A DNA stretch of 63,987 nucleotides, filler included, from the NCBI GenBank assembly GCA_964501035.1. It is 9 parts of 9 records of this genome, joined end to end, with 100 filler letters (N's around TTAATTAATTAA, not from the genome) between each part and the next. Parts side by side here need not be neighbours in the genome. Positions count along the whole stretch, not along the records: positions 41,986 to 48,981 come from CAZCRK010000072.1; positions 49,082 to 55,465 come from CAZCRK010000073.1; 7 more parts are not named here. One strand, written 5' to 3'. Positions within the stretch are counted from its first letter, which is position 1. Each line of letters begins with the position of its first letter. Under the pieces are notes generated by a model that was not told the origin of the DNA, made no database searches, and was given only the letters and a program-made list of their open reading frames with translations. Position numbers and translations under genes: made by a program. Of this stretch, positions 43,360-53,129 are shown piece by piece.

Positions 43360-43827
43360 TTACTTTTTTGTTTTAATAATTTTTGCTGGATTACCTACAA
43401 CAATACAATTATCTGGAACATCTTTAGTTACAACAGCTCCTGCACCTACTTCAGCATTCTCTCCAATGGTAACAGGGAATAATGTTGCGTTACTTCCAAT
43501 GATTGCACCTTTTTTAATTGTAGTGCTTTTCCAGTGTTCATTTGAACCGGTTCGTTTAAAGGAAGGTGGCTTCACATCATTAATTGTCATGACCCCATGT
43601 CCAATAAATACGTCATCTTCAATAGAAACAAGTGAGCAAACAAAGGAGTGAGAGGAAATAGTAACATCGTTTCCGACCTTTACTTCACTTTGAATTTCCA
43701 CATAAGAGCCAATATTGCAATTTTCCCCAATTTCACATCCATAAATATTTGCAAATTCCCAAATTTTTGTTCCTTCACCAATTTGAGAATTTTTAACGTT
43801 TGCAGTTTTTTGAATGGAAGGATTCAT
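43360..43827 (-). CDS. Hexapeptide-repeat sugar N-acetyltransferase (WbpD-like)
   Basis: IGEGTKIW, IGENCNIG, GAIIGSNAT, GAGAVVTKDVP, VGNPAK. Confidence 0.92.
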   Translation of the reverse strand: MNPSIQKTANVKNSQIGEGTKIWEFANIYGCEIGENCNIGSYVEIQSEVKVGNDVTISSHSFVCSLVSIEDDVFIGHGVMTINDVKPPSFKRTGSNEHWKSTTIKKGAIIGSNATLFPVTIGENAEVGAGAVVTKDVPDNCIVVGNPAKIIKTKK

Positions 43828-44817
43828 CTATCCTGCTGCTCCAAGGATTCGAACAACACCTTCAGCGTGTGAAGCGTCTGTAATACAATCTGTACCATTT
43901 TGAATGCAATCAAAAAAATGTGCTATTTCATTTTTTAATGGTTCAACCCATTTAATCCTGGGGATGGTTACATCGCCATCGCGATGGTTAAATAAATATG
44001 TGCTTGGATCATCAAAATCCATACGTTCACCTAGAACAGCCATTCTATCAATGCCTTTATCATAGATGGTAATTTTATTTTTAGCAATATCATCATAGAC
44101 GACCATCTTCTTAGATCCCACAACTGTCATTCTCCGGATTTTATGAGGGTCTAGCCAACTAACGTGAATATTTGCCATCACATTCTTTGGATATTCAATA
44201 TTCATAAATACAACATCGTCAACACCATTTTGGACATAATCCATTCCTCTTCGAGATATTGAAATTGGTTGAGGTTCATTAAGCCAGTACTGGACAATAC
44301 TAATATCATGAGGTGCTAAATTCCACAATGCATCTACGTCATTTCGAATACGGCCTAAGTTGACGCGTTGGCTGTAAATATATCGAATGTCCCCTAATTT
44401 GCCAGTATCAATTATTTCTTTCACTTTTAGTACAGCTTCATTGAACAAAAAGGTGTGTCCAACCATGGCAACCAAGTTTTTTTCCTTCGCTAATGCACCT
44501 ATTTGCTTAACCTGATCCACTGACGTCGCCAACGGTTTTTCAACGAGGATATGCTTACCTGCTTTTAAACTTTTCATTGCCAAATCGAAATGGGTTGAAA
44601 CAGGTGTAGCTATGATAATTCCATCAATTGATTCATCATGAATAATGTCTTCTGCATCAACTTTGGTTTCAATTGATGGATAATGTGATGACACAAATTC
44701 TCGTCTCTCTTCAGATAGATCGACAACAGTTTTAACGGTACAACTTGGATTTACTACAAGATTCCTAAGCAGATTAGGACCCCAATAGCCAACACCAATT
44801 TGTGCTAGATTTAACAT
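43828..44817 (-). CDS. Gfo/Idh/MocA oxidoreductase (sugar 3-dehydrogenase, WbpB-like)
   Basis: GVGYWGPNLLRN, HILVEKP, VGHTFLFN, WNLAPHD. Confidence 0.9.
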   Translation of the reverse strand: MLNLAQIGVGYWGPNLLRNLVVNPSCTVKTVVDLSEERREFVSSHYPSIETKVDAEDIIHDESIDGIIIATPVSTHFDLAMKSLKAGKHILVEKPLATSVDQVKQIGALAKEKNLVAMVGHTFLFNEAVLKVKEIIDTGKLGDIRYIYSQRVNLGRIRNDVDALWNLAPHDISIVQYWLNEPQPISISRRGMDYVQNGVDDVVFMNIEYPKNVMANIHVSWLDPHKIRRMTVVGSKKMVVYDDIAKNKITIYDKGIDRMAVLGERMDFDDPSTYLFNHRDGDVTIPRIKWVEPLKNEIAHFFDCIQNGTDCITDASHAEGVVRILGAAG

Positions 44818-46019
44818 GAAATAGGATTTCCTGATAATTCTTTAATAAGGTGAATATATTTCATTTGTTCGTTTTCCCAATTTAGTCGTTGGTTTATATC
44901 TTCTGTCTTTGTTCTTAAACGAATTAATTCTTGGGGAGATTTTATCAATTTAATTAATTGATTTGAAAAGGAATCTGAATCATTATTCTTATAATATGCA
45001 AGCTCATCCGATTTAAAATAATAAGAAATTGGTTTGTTTTTAACCGTGAGGGAAGGAATTCCCATTGCGATATACTCCATAAGTTTTAGCGGGAGCATTA
45101 GGTGAGTTGCCTCAGAATGGATATAAGATACAATCCCTAAGTCAGCTTCTGAAATCTTTTGTGGAATGTCATCCAGTGGGATTTGGCCGTGGTAAAAAAC
45201 TCTATCTGATAAATTTAACTCAGTGATCCAATGATTCAATTCAGGTACACCATCTCCTTTCCCATAAATATCTAATTTGACAGTGTGGTTTAATTGTTTC
45301 AGTTTTTTGATTCCTTCAAGGACCACATCTAATCCAAATCTTTCTGCAATGGTGCCATGATATATCAATTTAAAATCATTATTTTCTTGAGTGGGTAAGC
45401 CTGAGCCAGTTTTTCGAAACAGATTTTTATCAGCGAAATTGGGAATGACGACAAATTTGTGTCGCTTTATTCCATGATGTATCGCAATATGCTCCAAATG
45501 TGGCTCGTGAACCGTGATAACTTTATCAGCTATGTAACTGGCACACTTTTCTTGAAATAGAAGGATACCATATACCAATTTTCCAATAATTGATTTGAAC
45601 TTTGCTAAATAGAGTTCAGGCATTGTATCGTGAATATCTAAAATAATTTTCGATCCGGATAGTTTATTAAATAAAGCTGTAAAAACTAAAAAATCCGGCA
45701 TATTGTGAACATGTATTACAGCGTAGTTCTTATAAAGATTTTTTATAAAAGCAGCTGTAGCTAGCAAAAAAAATTTTAAATATGAAATAATATAAGCCAC
45801 ATTTGAACTACCTCTGTATTGATGTATGTTTAGGTGGAATAGGGAAACGCCATTGACTGATTCAAAATCGGGTTTTCCCGCTTCTTTTAACACAAAACAA
45901 TCTACTTCATATCCGTGTCGAACGAGGGCTTCACCATATCGCCTTACTCTGGGGTCTCTTACATATTCTGTATATGCGACCATTGCAATTTTTGTTTTAA
46001 TATTAATGCTGGTACCCAA
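44811..46019 (-). CDS. Glycosyltransferase family 4
   Basis: DPRVRR, HVHNMPD, YHGTIAERFG, PLKLMEYIAMGIP. Confidence 0.9.
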   Translation of the reverse strand: MGTSINIKTKIAMVAYTEYVRDPRVRRYGEALVRHGYEVDCFVLKEAGKPDFESVNGVSLFHLNIHQYRGSSNVAYIISYLKFFLLATAAFIKNLYKNYAVIHVHNMPDFLVFTALFNKLSGSKIILDIHDTMPELYLAKFKSIIGKLVYGILLFQEKCASYIADKVITVHEPHLEHIAIHHGIKRHKFVVIPNFADKNLFRKTGSGLPTQENNDFKLIYHGTIAERFGLDVVLEGIKKLKQLNHTVKLDIYGKGDGVPELNHWITELNLSDRVFYHGQIPLDDIPQKISEADLGIVSYIHSEATHLMLPLKLMEYIAMGIPSLTVKNKPISYYFKSDELAYYKNNDSDSFSNQLIKLIKSPQELIRLRTKTEDINQRLNWENEQMKYIHLIKELSGNPISC

Positions 46020-46998
46020 GATTAATAATATGGTCTTTTAAATATTCACGAATGATAGATTTTTCTTGGTCGTTCAATTCTTTTTTCCAACGTCCAATGT
46101 TGTGTTTTGAAACATCCAGATTCAAAAGTGAATCATGATACTCAATATTTAAAAAACTACAAACTCGTTTTAATTCGATTTCGGGATTGTTTATTAATGA
46201 TTCAAATTGTAATTCTATAAATGATTCAGGTTTCAGTTGTTCTTTTATTTTTTCCCATCTGGTTAACACGTCGTTTATCCAAGCCACATTCTCTCTGATA
46301 GATGGGCTCCCCCAATCTTTAGTTTTATAAGAACAAACCACATCATGTGGGTCACGGTATATATGGATTAATTTTGCTTGAGGAAGTATATCATGGATTA
46401 TATTAAAATGAATTAAACTCGAAGGTGTATGGTCGATTACAACTTTTGCACGATATAAATCACCTGATTGATTAAAAAAATCCATAATAAATTTTTCAAA
46501 AATTTGATTAAACTCATTTTCTGAAAGGGGAGGGCAGTAAAAAGAATTTTTCAAAAACAAGTTTGTAAATGCATTCTTACCTAAACCTTTTAATATTCCT
46601 TTTTGGAAAACAGTAACCCTTGCTGCCCAACCACTCTTCATATTAAATGTAATTAATTGGTTGGAAATATCATTCACCCAATTTTCATAAAAGTTTTTTC
46701 CTACAATTTCAGCGAGGGCATGATTGGGATACGTCCCTTTATATTTATATTTGAATTTTAAATTATTTAGAAGGACTAAAAATCGATCTATACTTAAATC
46801 CGCTTGAAATTTTGACCAGTCTTGAACCAGTGAATATTTTAAGGATAATATCCCATCTGGATCTGTAATAAATCGTAATTCCTGTGGAAAGGAATAAACT
46901 GTCTCATTTTGGCTTAATATTCTACTAAATATTGTGGTTCCGGACCGACCAGTCCCACCTATAAATACAGGTAAAATTCGTTGGTCTGAATTACCCAT
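46003..46998 (-). CDS. PAPS-dependent sulfotransferase
   Basis: 5'-PSB FIGGTGRSGTT, 3'-PB HIYRDPHDVVCS, FESLINNPE, IGRWK. Confidence 0.88.
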   Translation of the reverse strand: MGNSDQRILPVFIGGTGRSGTTIFSRILSQNETVYSFPQELRFITDPDGILSLKYSLVQDWSKFQADLSIDRFLVLLNNLKFKYKYKGTYPNHALAEIVGKNFYENWVNDISNQLITFNMKSGWAARVTVFQKGILKGLGKNAFTNLFLKNSFYCPPLSENEFNQIFEKFIMDFFNQSGDLYRAKVVIDHTPSSLIHFNIIHDILPQAKLIHIYRDPHDVVCSYKTKDWGSPSIRENVAWINDVLTRWEKIKEQLKPESFIELQFESLINNPEIELKRVCSFLNIEYHDSLLNLDVSKHNIGRWKKELNDQEKSIIREYLKDHIINLGYQH

Positions 46999-48061
46999 GA
47001 ATTAATCCCCTATAAATTTTTCGAATTTCCGCTACTTTTTTGTTCATATCGTATGGGTCATTTGAATTAGTATAGACAGTTTTATCTAATGAAATTTTCC
47101 CACTCCAAAATTTTAATATTAATTGGCACAAAGCGTTACTATCTCCCGGTGGGAAAAAGTATCCATTTTTCCCATCCTTTATCAAAGATTTTAAACCACC
47201 CGTATTTGATGCAAAAACCGGAGTACCACATGCCAATGCTTCAATCGCAACTAAACCGAATCCTTCTTCTAATGATGGAATGATGACTGCATCAGCATTT
47301 CTCATAATTTCAGCGATGTCTGATTGAGACTTTAATCCAAGGAATTCAAAATGGTTTTGAAGTGATTTTTCATTAACCATGGATTTATAGTCGGATTCAT
47401 TTTCACCTGCACCAATCACAGCACATTTTAGATTCAATTCAGAATTTGAAACAACTAAAGATATAGCATTAATCAGTATATTAAGCCCCTTTACAGGAAT
47501 CAATCGCCCTACAAAAATAAAATTATATGAATCTTTTGGTCTTGATTTCAACATACGATTTGTGTAAAAAATAGTTGTATCCACACCCATATCTATCACT
47601 GAAATTTTAAATGGTTGAATCCCAAATTTATTCTCAATCTTTTGTTTCAAGTCTGTACTTACTGCGATGATTTGGTCAGCTTGCATGAGTGTCCACTTTA
47701 TACATAAATACTTCACTGACTTCTTCTTAGTAATTGAATTGATATCACTCCCATGAATAGTTAAAACCATTTTTTTTCTGCGAAACCATTTTGCAGGAAG
47801 AGCAAGAAATCCGGTTGGAAATGCAAAGTGGGCATGGATTAAATCAAATTTTTTTGTAAAAATTGAAATGAGAATCCAACCAATAAATAATAAATATTTT
47901 TTTAAAATTATTACAAGGTTATCATTGCTTCCACCTCCTGTAATGACATTGCTTTCAATTCCATAATTATGCTTTAATAAATCAACATGCTTCTTAATAA
48001 AAATACCAGAATAAGGCTTATAGGAATTTGGATACATATTGGTTGCGACCAGAATATTCAT
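46991..48061 (-). CDS. Glycosyltransferase family 4
   Basis: HAHF, HGSD, FVGRLIPVKG, EGFGLVAIEALACGTPV. Confidence 0.92.
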   Translation of the reverse strand: MNILVATNMYPNSYKPYSGIFIKKHVDLLKHNYGIESNVITGGGSNDNLVIILKKYLLFIGWILISIFTKKFDLIHAHFAFPTGFLALPAKWFRRKKMVLTIHGSDINSITKKKSVKYLCIKWTLMQADQIIAVSTDLKQKIENKFGIQPFKISVIDMGVDTTIFYTNRMLKSRPKDSYNFIFVGRLIPVKGLNILINAISLVVSNSELNLKCAVIGAGENESDYKSMVNEKSLQNHFEFLGLKSQSDIAEIMRNADAVIIPSLEEGFGLVAIEALACGTPVFASNTGGLKSLIKDGKNGYFFPPGDSNALCQLILKFWSGKISLDKTVYTNSNDPYDMNKKVAEIRKIYRGLIHG

Positions 48062-48064
48062 TAA

Positions 48065-48981
48065 TTATACAAAATTAGGTTTAATCGTAGGAGCATGTAC
48101 TGGTTTTTCTTCATCTTTTGTTTTGATAAATCTTCCGTACTCAACACCTAAAAATAGAGCAAAGAGGGTCCCACCCATGGGAGCCGTCACCACATGTCCC
48201 GCAAAGCAACTATACAAAAATATAAAATAAATGATCATGGCATGCCTGCCAGTATCAAACCGGAATAGAATAGGGAATAGGGTCCGAAGGATAGGGATGT
48301 ATACTAAAATAAACCCAGTGATCCCATAGGTTAAAAATATATCTATAAAATCCATCTCACTACCGGTTCTTCCAGCATATTCCATCCCAACTTTTTTCGA
48401 GCGCATGGCGGATCCAAATCCAAAGGCAATATTTTCTGGTTCTTTAAATATATTTTGAAATCCTGTATCTGCCCGAATTGCTCGAGTTCCAGATACGTAG
48501 GAATACCATCTCAATGGAGGGAATTTAATTTCACTATGTTTATTGAAAAAATTAATACTGTGTAAAGCACGATCCTGATATTTGTAAAAAAGAGAATTAT
48601 CAATAAATATAAGAGAATTAAGAGCACCGGTTAAAAATAAAACAACTGTTAGTGTAATCATGAGAGATGTCACAATTTTAAATAAAAGCTTATCATGAAC
48701 TTTGTACGCTAAAAAGTAAAATAGAAAAAAGGGAAAGATGAGAATCACGATAGACCCACTGAAAAAGAGCGCTAAAACTGCAACAGATACGTGGAAAATA
48801 TATACTATATTTTCTTTAATCTTATAGGTGAAATAGATTGTCAATGTGAATCCGAGAATGGCTGTTGAGTTTGAAGCATAAAAGAAACTTTTACTTGCCA
48901 TATAATAAATTGAGTAAGCATTGACTCCTACACCAGATATGTAGCCAAAAAAAATAGCTGAAGTAAAAATGATTAAGTTTG
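48065..48981 (-). CDS. Polytopic membrane protein, O-antigen polymerase/ligase-like (5' partial)
   Basis: Many transmembrane segments, a periplasmic loop with SGTR and FGFG, EMDFIDIFLTYG; lies in a polysaccharide locus. Confidence 0.65.
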
Positions 48982-49211
48982 NNNNNNNNNNNNNNNNNNN
49001 NNNNNNNNNNNNNNNNNNNNNNNNNTTAATTAATTAANNNNNNNNNNNNNNNNNNNNNNNNNNNNNNNNNNNNNNNNNNNNAAAATTTGTTTTTTAAGGT
49101 TTGGGTTGCTTGATAATATTCAGATGAGCTAGTTTCTTGGGACGCCATTGGGACATAATTTGTCCCATGAGACGTAAAACTGAAATACTTAACTACCCGA
49201 TAGCAACAAAC

Positions 49212-49247
49212 AAAAAAAGGGTCATTTCTCTTCGAGAAACAACCCTT
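49212..49247 (-). terminator. Rho-independent terminator after tRNA-Leu
   Basis: AAGGGTTGTTTCTC-GAA-GAGAAATGACCCTT followed by a T-run on the minus strand. Confidence 0.85.
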
Positions 49248-49249
49248 AG

Positions 49250-49331
49250 TGCCGCGAGAGGGGGTCGAACCCCCACGCCGTAAAGCACTGGTTCCTAAGA
49301 CCAGCGTGTCTACCAATTCCACCATCGCGGC
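49250..49331 (-). tRNA. tRNA-Leu (anticodon TAG), CCA not encoded
   Basis: GCCGCGA/TCGCGGC acceptor stem, D-loop GGAATTGGTAGAC, anticodon arm CTGGT-CTTAGGA-ACCAG, long variable arm, GGTTCGA T-loop. Confidence 0.97.
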
Positions 49332-49441
49332 AAAATCCCTACTGAATAGGTCGCAAAATTTAGAACAAATTTCTATTTAGAAAATATATAATTTATGGTA
49401 AAATTTTAAACTTTTGATTTTCTTGCTAACCCGTGCAAACC

Positions 49442-51346
49442 CTATTGCAAAATCCAGTTTACCACTTGCACTATGTCAAGTACATTAACAGCTCCATCAA
49501 AATTGACATCTGCAATGCTAACCTCACAATCTGTAGGGGTGGTGGTAAGTAAAATGATATTGACCATACTAACAATATCTAGTACATTTAAATATCCATC
49601 GCTGTTAATATCCCCTTGCACATCAATATTGCAATCATTTTCAAGAAGGGATGTTATAATATCAATCATCCACTGGGTATCTATTTCATTATTTGCATAT
49701 TGAATAATTCCCTGCTGGTCAATAATAAAATCTCGGGGATACGGCGAACCATCATTGGGAAGATAATACATGTCGTAGGTTTCTCCACCCTGTACACCAC
49801 CTGGACTTCCTGGGTCAAACAGAATTGGGAACGTAATATTATTTTCTTCCACAAACCCATTGATTAGATTTGAATCTGAGGTATTTATAATTCCGAGTAC
49901 TTGTGCTTCTTGATTAAACTCTTGCCAAATGGCTGTTTCTAAATCCGATAACTCCGGACTACAGACAGGTCAGAGTGGTGAGAAAAATATAAGTACAACC
50001 ACTTCATCCAAATGATCTGATAACTGGTAATATCCTGTTCCATTGGCTACAATTTCAAGATTAAAGTCTGGTGCATCATCCCCTACATTTGCGCCAATGA
50101 TATTGCCATTGGTTTCACATTTTAATAATGACTCATCTGCATCATTACTAAAAATTTGATAACTACCAGACGCATTTAATGCACCTGCTGTATAGGTTAC
50201 TTCAATCGTTTGAGATTCACCAGCAGGAATGTTAGACAACTCGGTAGTTTCAAACTCACTATTGGTAGCAAAGGCATCAGAAATTATCGCTTCAGATTGA
50301 CCATTGTTTATAACTTCAAGCGTCATGGTATAGGATTGTCCATTTTCTACAAGTGGGAAGTTGAGTTCATAGGTACTTAAATCTAAATCCGCACCCAGAA
50401 TATTTCCATATTCAAATATTTGAACCGAACCCCATTCCGCTGAATATATAAATTGATTTTTAGATGTGATTGCCATGGGGCGACGAGTTGTATTCTTGTA
50501 TCCAATCAATTCAAGTGTACTTTCATTAAGAGAGATTACTTCAATATCATCCCAATCGCTCACAACAATTTTATCATCAATTATTGTTAGCCGATTCGCT
50601 AGTGCGGATGTATTATACACATCTACAATAGTTGCATTTTCAGAATCAATCCACGCAACTCCATCTGAACCTAAAGCCACGGCTAAAAATTCAGTTCCGT
50701 TGTTATCTTGCCCAAACATAACATCTTTTAAACTGTTTGTAAACGAAACTTCTTGGACAATCGTTGGTTCGTCAAAATTGCTAATATCTACAAATAACAA
50801 ATCTTGCTCGTCTGCAATATATGCGTGAGATTCATTCATGGCCACAGCCCAAGCATTATTGGTTGCTAAAGAATGTATCAAACTTGGGTTTTCAGGTGTT
50901 GCTACATCAAAAAACAAAACGCCATCTGTATGTGCACAAACCGCTAACGTGGTATTTGAAACATCCACGTTTTCTAGAGTCAAATTATTGGTATTATTGA
51001 TATAACCTAGAAAGTTAGGATTATTTGGATTGCTAAAATCAACCATAGCAACTCCATTTTTTGCAGTAAAATATGCAATCGATTGATAGCTTGTAACACA
51101 ATTTGGTTTTGAACCTCCACCACCCCCATTATTTGGGATGTTAAAATGTGCAATATGATTTAACACTTCTGGGTTTGAGATATCATATACTTCCACACCA
51201 CCAACCATCCCAACAACAATGAGAATATCATCCATAATATGGGTATCTAAAATATGGCTTGCTTCGGGGTTGTGGAAATCGTGCAGAGTTAAATTTAGTG
51301 GAAATACAAGTGATACATATGTTAACATAGTCCAAAAATGTTTCAT
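49442..51346 (-). CDS. Putative selenoprotein (634 aa): LVIVD repeats, Ig-like domain, AhpC/TSA-redoxin with UxxC, C-terminal dockerin
   Basis: ORFs 49970-51346 and 49442-49852 are in the same frame, separated only by TGA at 49970-49972; the join reads APDFNL...VVVLIFFSPL-U-PVCSPELSDLE...ITFPILFD...PYPRDFIIDQQGII, a complete redoxin fold. Confidence 0.88.
49933..49968 (-). promoter_or_regulatory. Putative bacterial SECIS hairpin
   Basis: Immediately 3' of the UGA: CUGU/ACAG lower stem, CUG(U)A/UUAG with a bulged U, GUCCGG/UCGGAU upper stem, AGUUA loop starting 16 nt after the UGA. Confidence 0.7.
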
Positions 51347-51618
51347 TAAATCCCCATTACAAATCTATAACGAATGCGATTATGTCGTATTCCATGATGG
51401 TGTCTAAACCAGCGTTTCAACATTTTCTTTTCATGTCGTTTTAAATGTCGATGATGATTTATTACAATGACGGTATGGTCACCATCTGCATATTGATGAG
51501 ACGTAATATTTCTTCCCTTAACAAATGCTTCATCATTCGGATAATGATGATGGTGATGTGTGGTTGAACACGATGTAAAACACAATATACTCAAAAATAA
51601 AAGCAATAATTTCTTCAT
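51346..51618 (-). CDS. Small His/Arg-rich lipoprotein
   Basis: MKKLLLLFLSILCFTSC lipobox, then STTHHHHH; 15 His in 90 aa; AAGGA RBS; its stop overlaps the selenoprotein ATG (TAATG). Confidence 0.75.
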   Translation of the reverse strand: MKKLLLLFLSILCFTSCSTTHHHHHYPNDEAFVKGRNITSHQYADGDHTVIVINHHRHLKRHEKKMLKRWFRHHHGIRHNRIRYRFVMGI

Positions 51619-51666
51619 GATTTTTCCTTTCAAACTAAACTATTTGAAACGTAAACCAATTAAAAG

Positions 51667-53112
51667 TTAACTGCTAATAATAATATTAACCACTTGAATA
51701 ATGTCCAAAACATTGACAATTGAATCTCCATTCATATCAGCAGGTGGTGTTGCTTCAGCAGTTCCCATAACCATATTTACCATACTGACTACATCGAGAA
51801 TATTAATCACTTCATCACCATTGACATCACCCATTAAGAAATTCTCTTGTTCGAGATAGTCTGAAGGATATTTATGTGATCTGGCAATCATTGAAAATAA
51901 TCCTCCATTGTGTTCATAATCCCATACAATATTTCCATTTTCAGCAACTTCAAACATACGGGCTTCAGCTGCAACTGTTACAAACGTATTGCCGTTCTCT
52001 AAACGGAAAGCTCCACTCTGCATTTCTGATTCAAATCCACCTGTGTACATCCATTCCCAATTTTCTGGTCCGTAGGGTTGACCATCTTCAATAATATAGT
52101 TTCCATCTTCATCCATTGGCGGAGTAAACTCAATTAAAGCTGAGCTACTAAATGAATGTGCATTACTAAAACAAAGTAAATTTCCTTCACCAGGATATCC
52201 AGAATCTATCCAATTAATACCATGTTGGTCATTTAACAAATGGTTATTGGAATCACCTCTATCATAGTTTTGCGAATTGCCCCACCTGTATAGAAAATCA
52301 CCACCCTTTCCAGAATTTCCCCCACTATGTGATGCAGCTTCTTCGGTCGTTGTACTATGGTCAATAATATAAATCTCATCCATTGCTCGAGAAGACAATA
52401 CAATTTGATCAAGCTCTGCATTATATGAAATTGCATTAATATGAATCCAATCTGCATGCGCTCCACCTGGACCGCCCGAATTACCCACATTGCCTAAGTT
52501 AATGTTCATTAATTCGGGATGTTCAGAAATAACTCCATAATTTGGTTTAGAGGGGTCAACATCTTGTATAAGATGGTCCCATACATGCCACTCCCACACA
52601 ATATTCACATCATTAGTACCTACCATTTCCAATTCAAAAATGACTTCTCCCCACATTTGATTCAATGGGTTTCCTATATAGGTTCGACCTAAATCATATG
52701 CTTCCGAAGCTGACTTGCGTTCCCATGCAACGACCAGTAAATTCCCATTGGGAAGTGGTTCAATATCATGATGATGTTGAAAATCATTGTTAGAAATTTC
52801 ATATTCCCATAAAATATTTCCATCCCAATCCAAATAATGAAAACCACCACCTACACCACCATTTTCCATAGTTGGATTACTCACTCTGTAGGGATAAAAC
52901 ATGGTACTATCTGTCAATAAATATGCCATGCTTGCTGGTCCTCGGGAATGATCCCATGTATGCAACACATTTTCATTGGAATCCATCAATCTTGTAATTA
53001 TATCGTCATTTCCTCCTGGACCACTTGATTGCGGTGTAAATAGCACAAGTCCATCATAAATGTCCTGAGCAAATATGCTTGAAATGAATAATAATATAAT
53101 TTTAAACTTCAT
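51667..53112 (-). CDS. Aryl-sulfate sulfotransferase (ASST) family protein with C-terminal dockerin
   Basis: QHHHDIEPLPNGN, IVWEW, DWIHINAI, LSSR, NDQH motifs; dockerin GDVNGDEVINILDVV / ADMNGDSIVNVLDII; signal peptide. Confidence 0.85.
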   Translation of the reverse strand: MKFKIILLFISSIFAQDIYDGLVLFTPQSSGPGGNDDIITRLMDSNENVLHTWDHSRGPASMAYLLTDSTMFYPYRVSNPTMENGGVGGGFHYLDWDGNILWEYEISNNDFQHHHDIEPLPNGNLLVVAWERKSASEAYDLGRTYIGNPLNQMWGEVIFELEMVGTNDVNIVWEWHVWDHLIQDVDPSKPNYGVISEHPELMNINLGNVGNSGGPGGAHADWIHINAISYNAELDQIVLSSRAMDEIYIIDHSTTTEEAASHSGGNSGKGGDFLYRWGNSQNYDRGDSNNHLLNDQHGINWIDSGYPGEGNLLCFSNAHSFSSSALIEFTPPMDEDGNYIIEDGQPYGPENWEWMYTGGFESEMQSGAFRLENGNTFVTVAAEARMFEVAENGNIVWDYEHNGGLFSMIARSHKYPSDYLEQENFLMGDVNGDEVINILDVVSMVNMVMGTAEATPPADMNGDSIVNVLDIIQVVNIIISS

Positions 53113-53129
53113 TTTTCTTTCCCCTTTTA

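Noticed and set aside
49026..49325. 99-aa minus-strand ORF
   Set aside because: It is a translation of tRNA-Leu and its terminator running into the gap.
48982..49331. tRNA-Leu as the integration site for the polysaccharide locus
   Set aside because: They are on different contigs, and no integrase or att duplication is visible.
49970..49972. Genome-wide UGA reassignment (Trp or Gly) as the explanation for the read-through
   Set aside because: purD, the prenyl synthase, rimO, rpiB, mlaE and mlaF end at TGA at their expected C-termini, and Trp is encoded by TGG. The UGA sits at a catalytic Cys position, which fits Sec.
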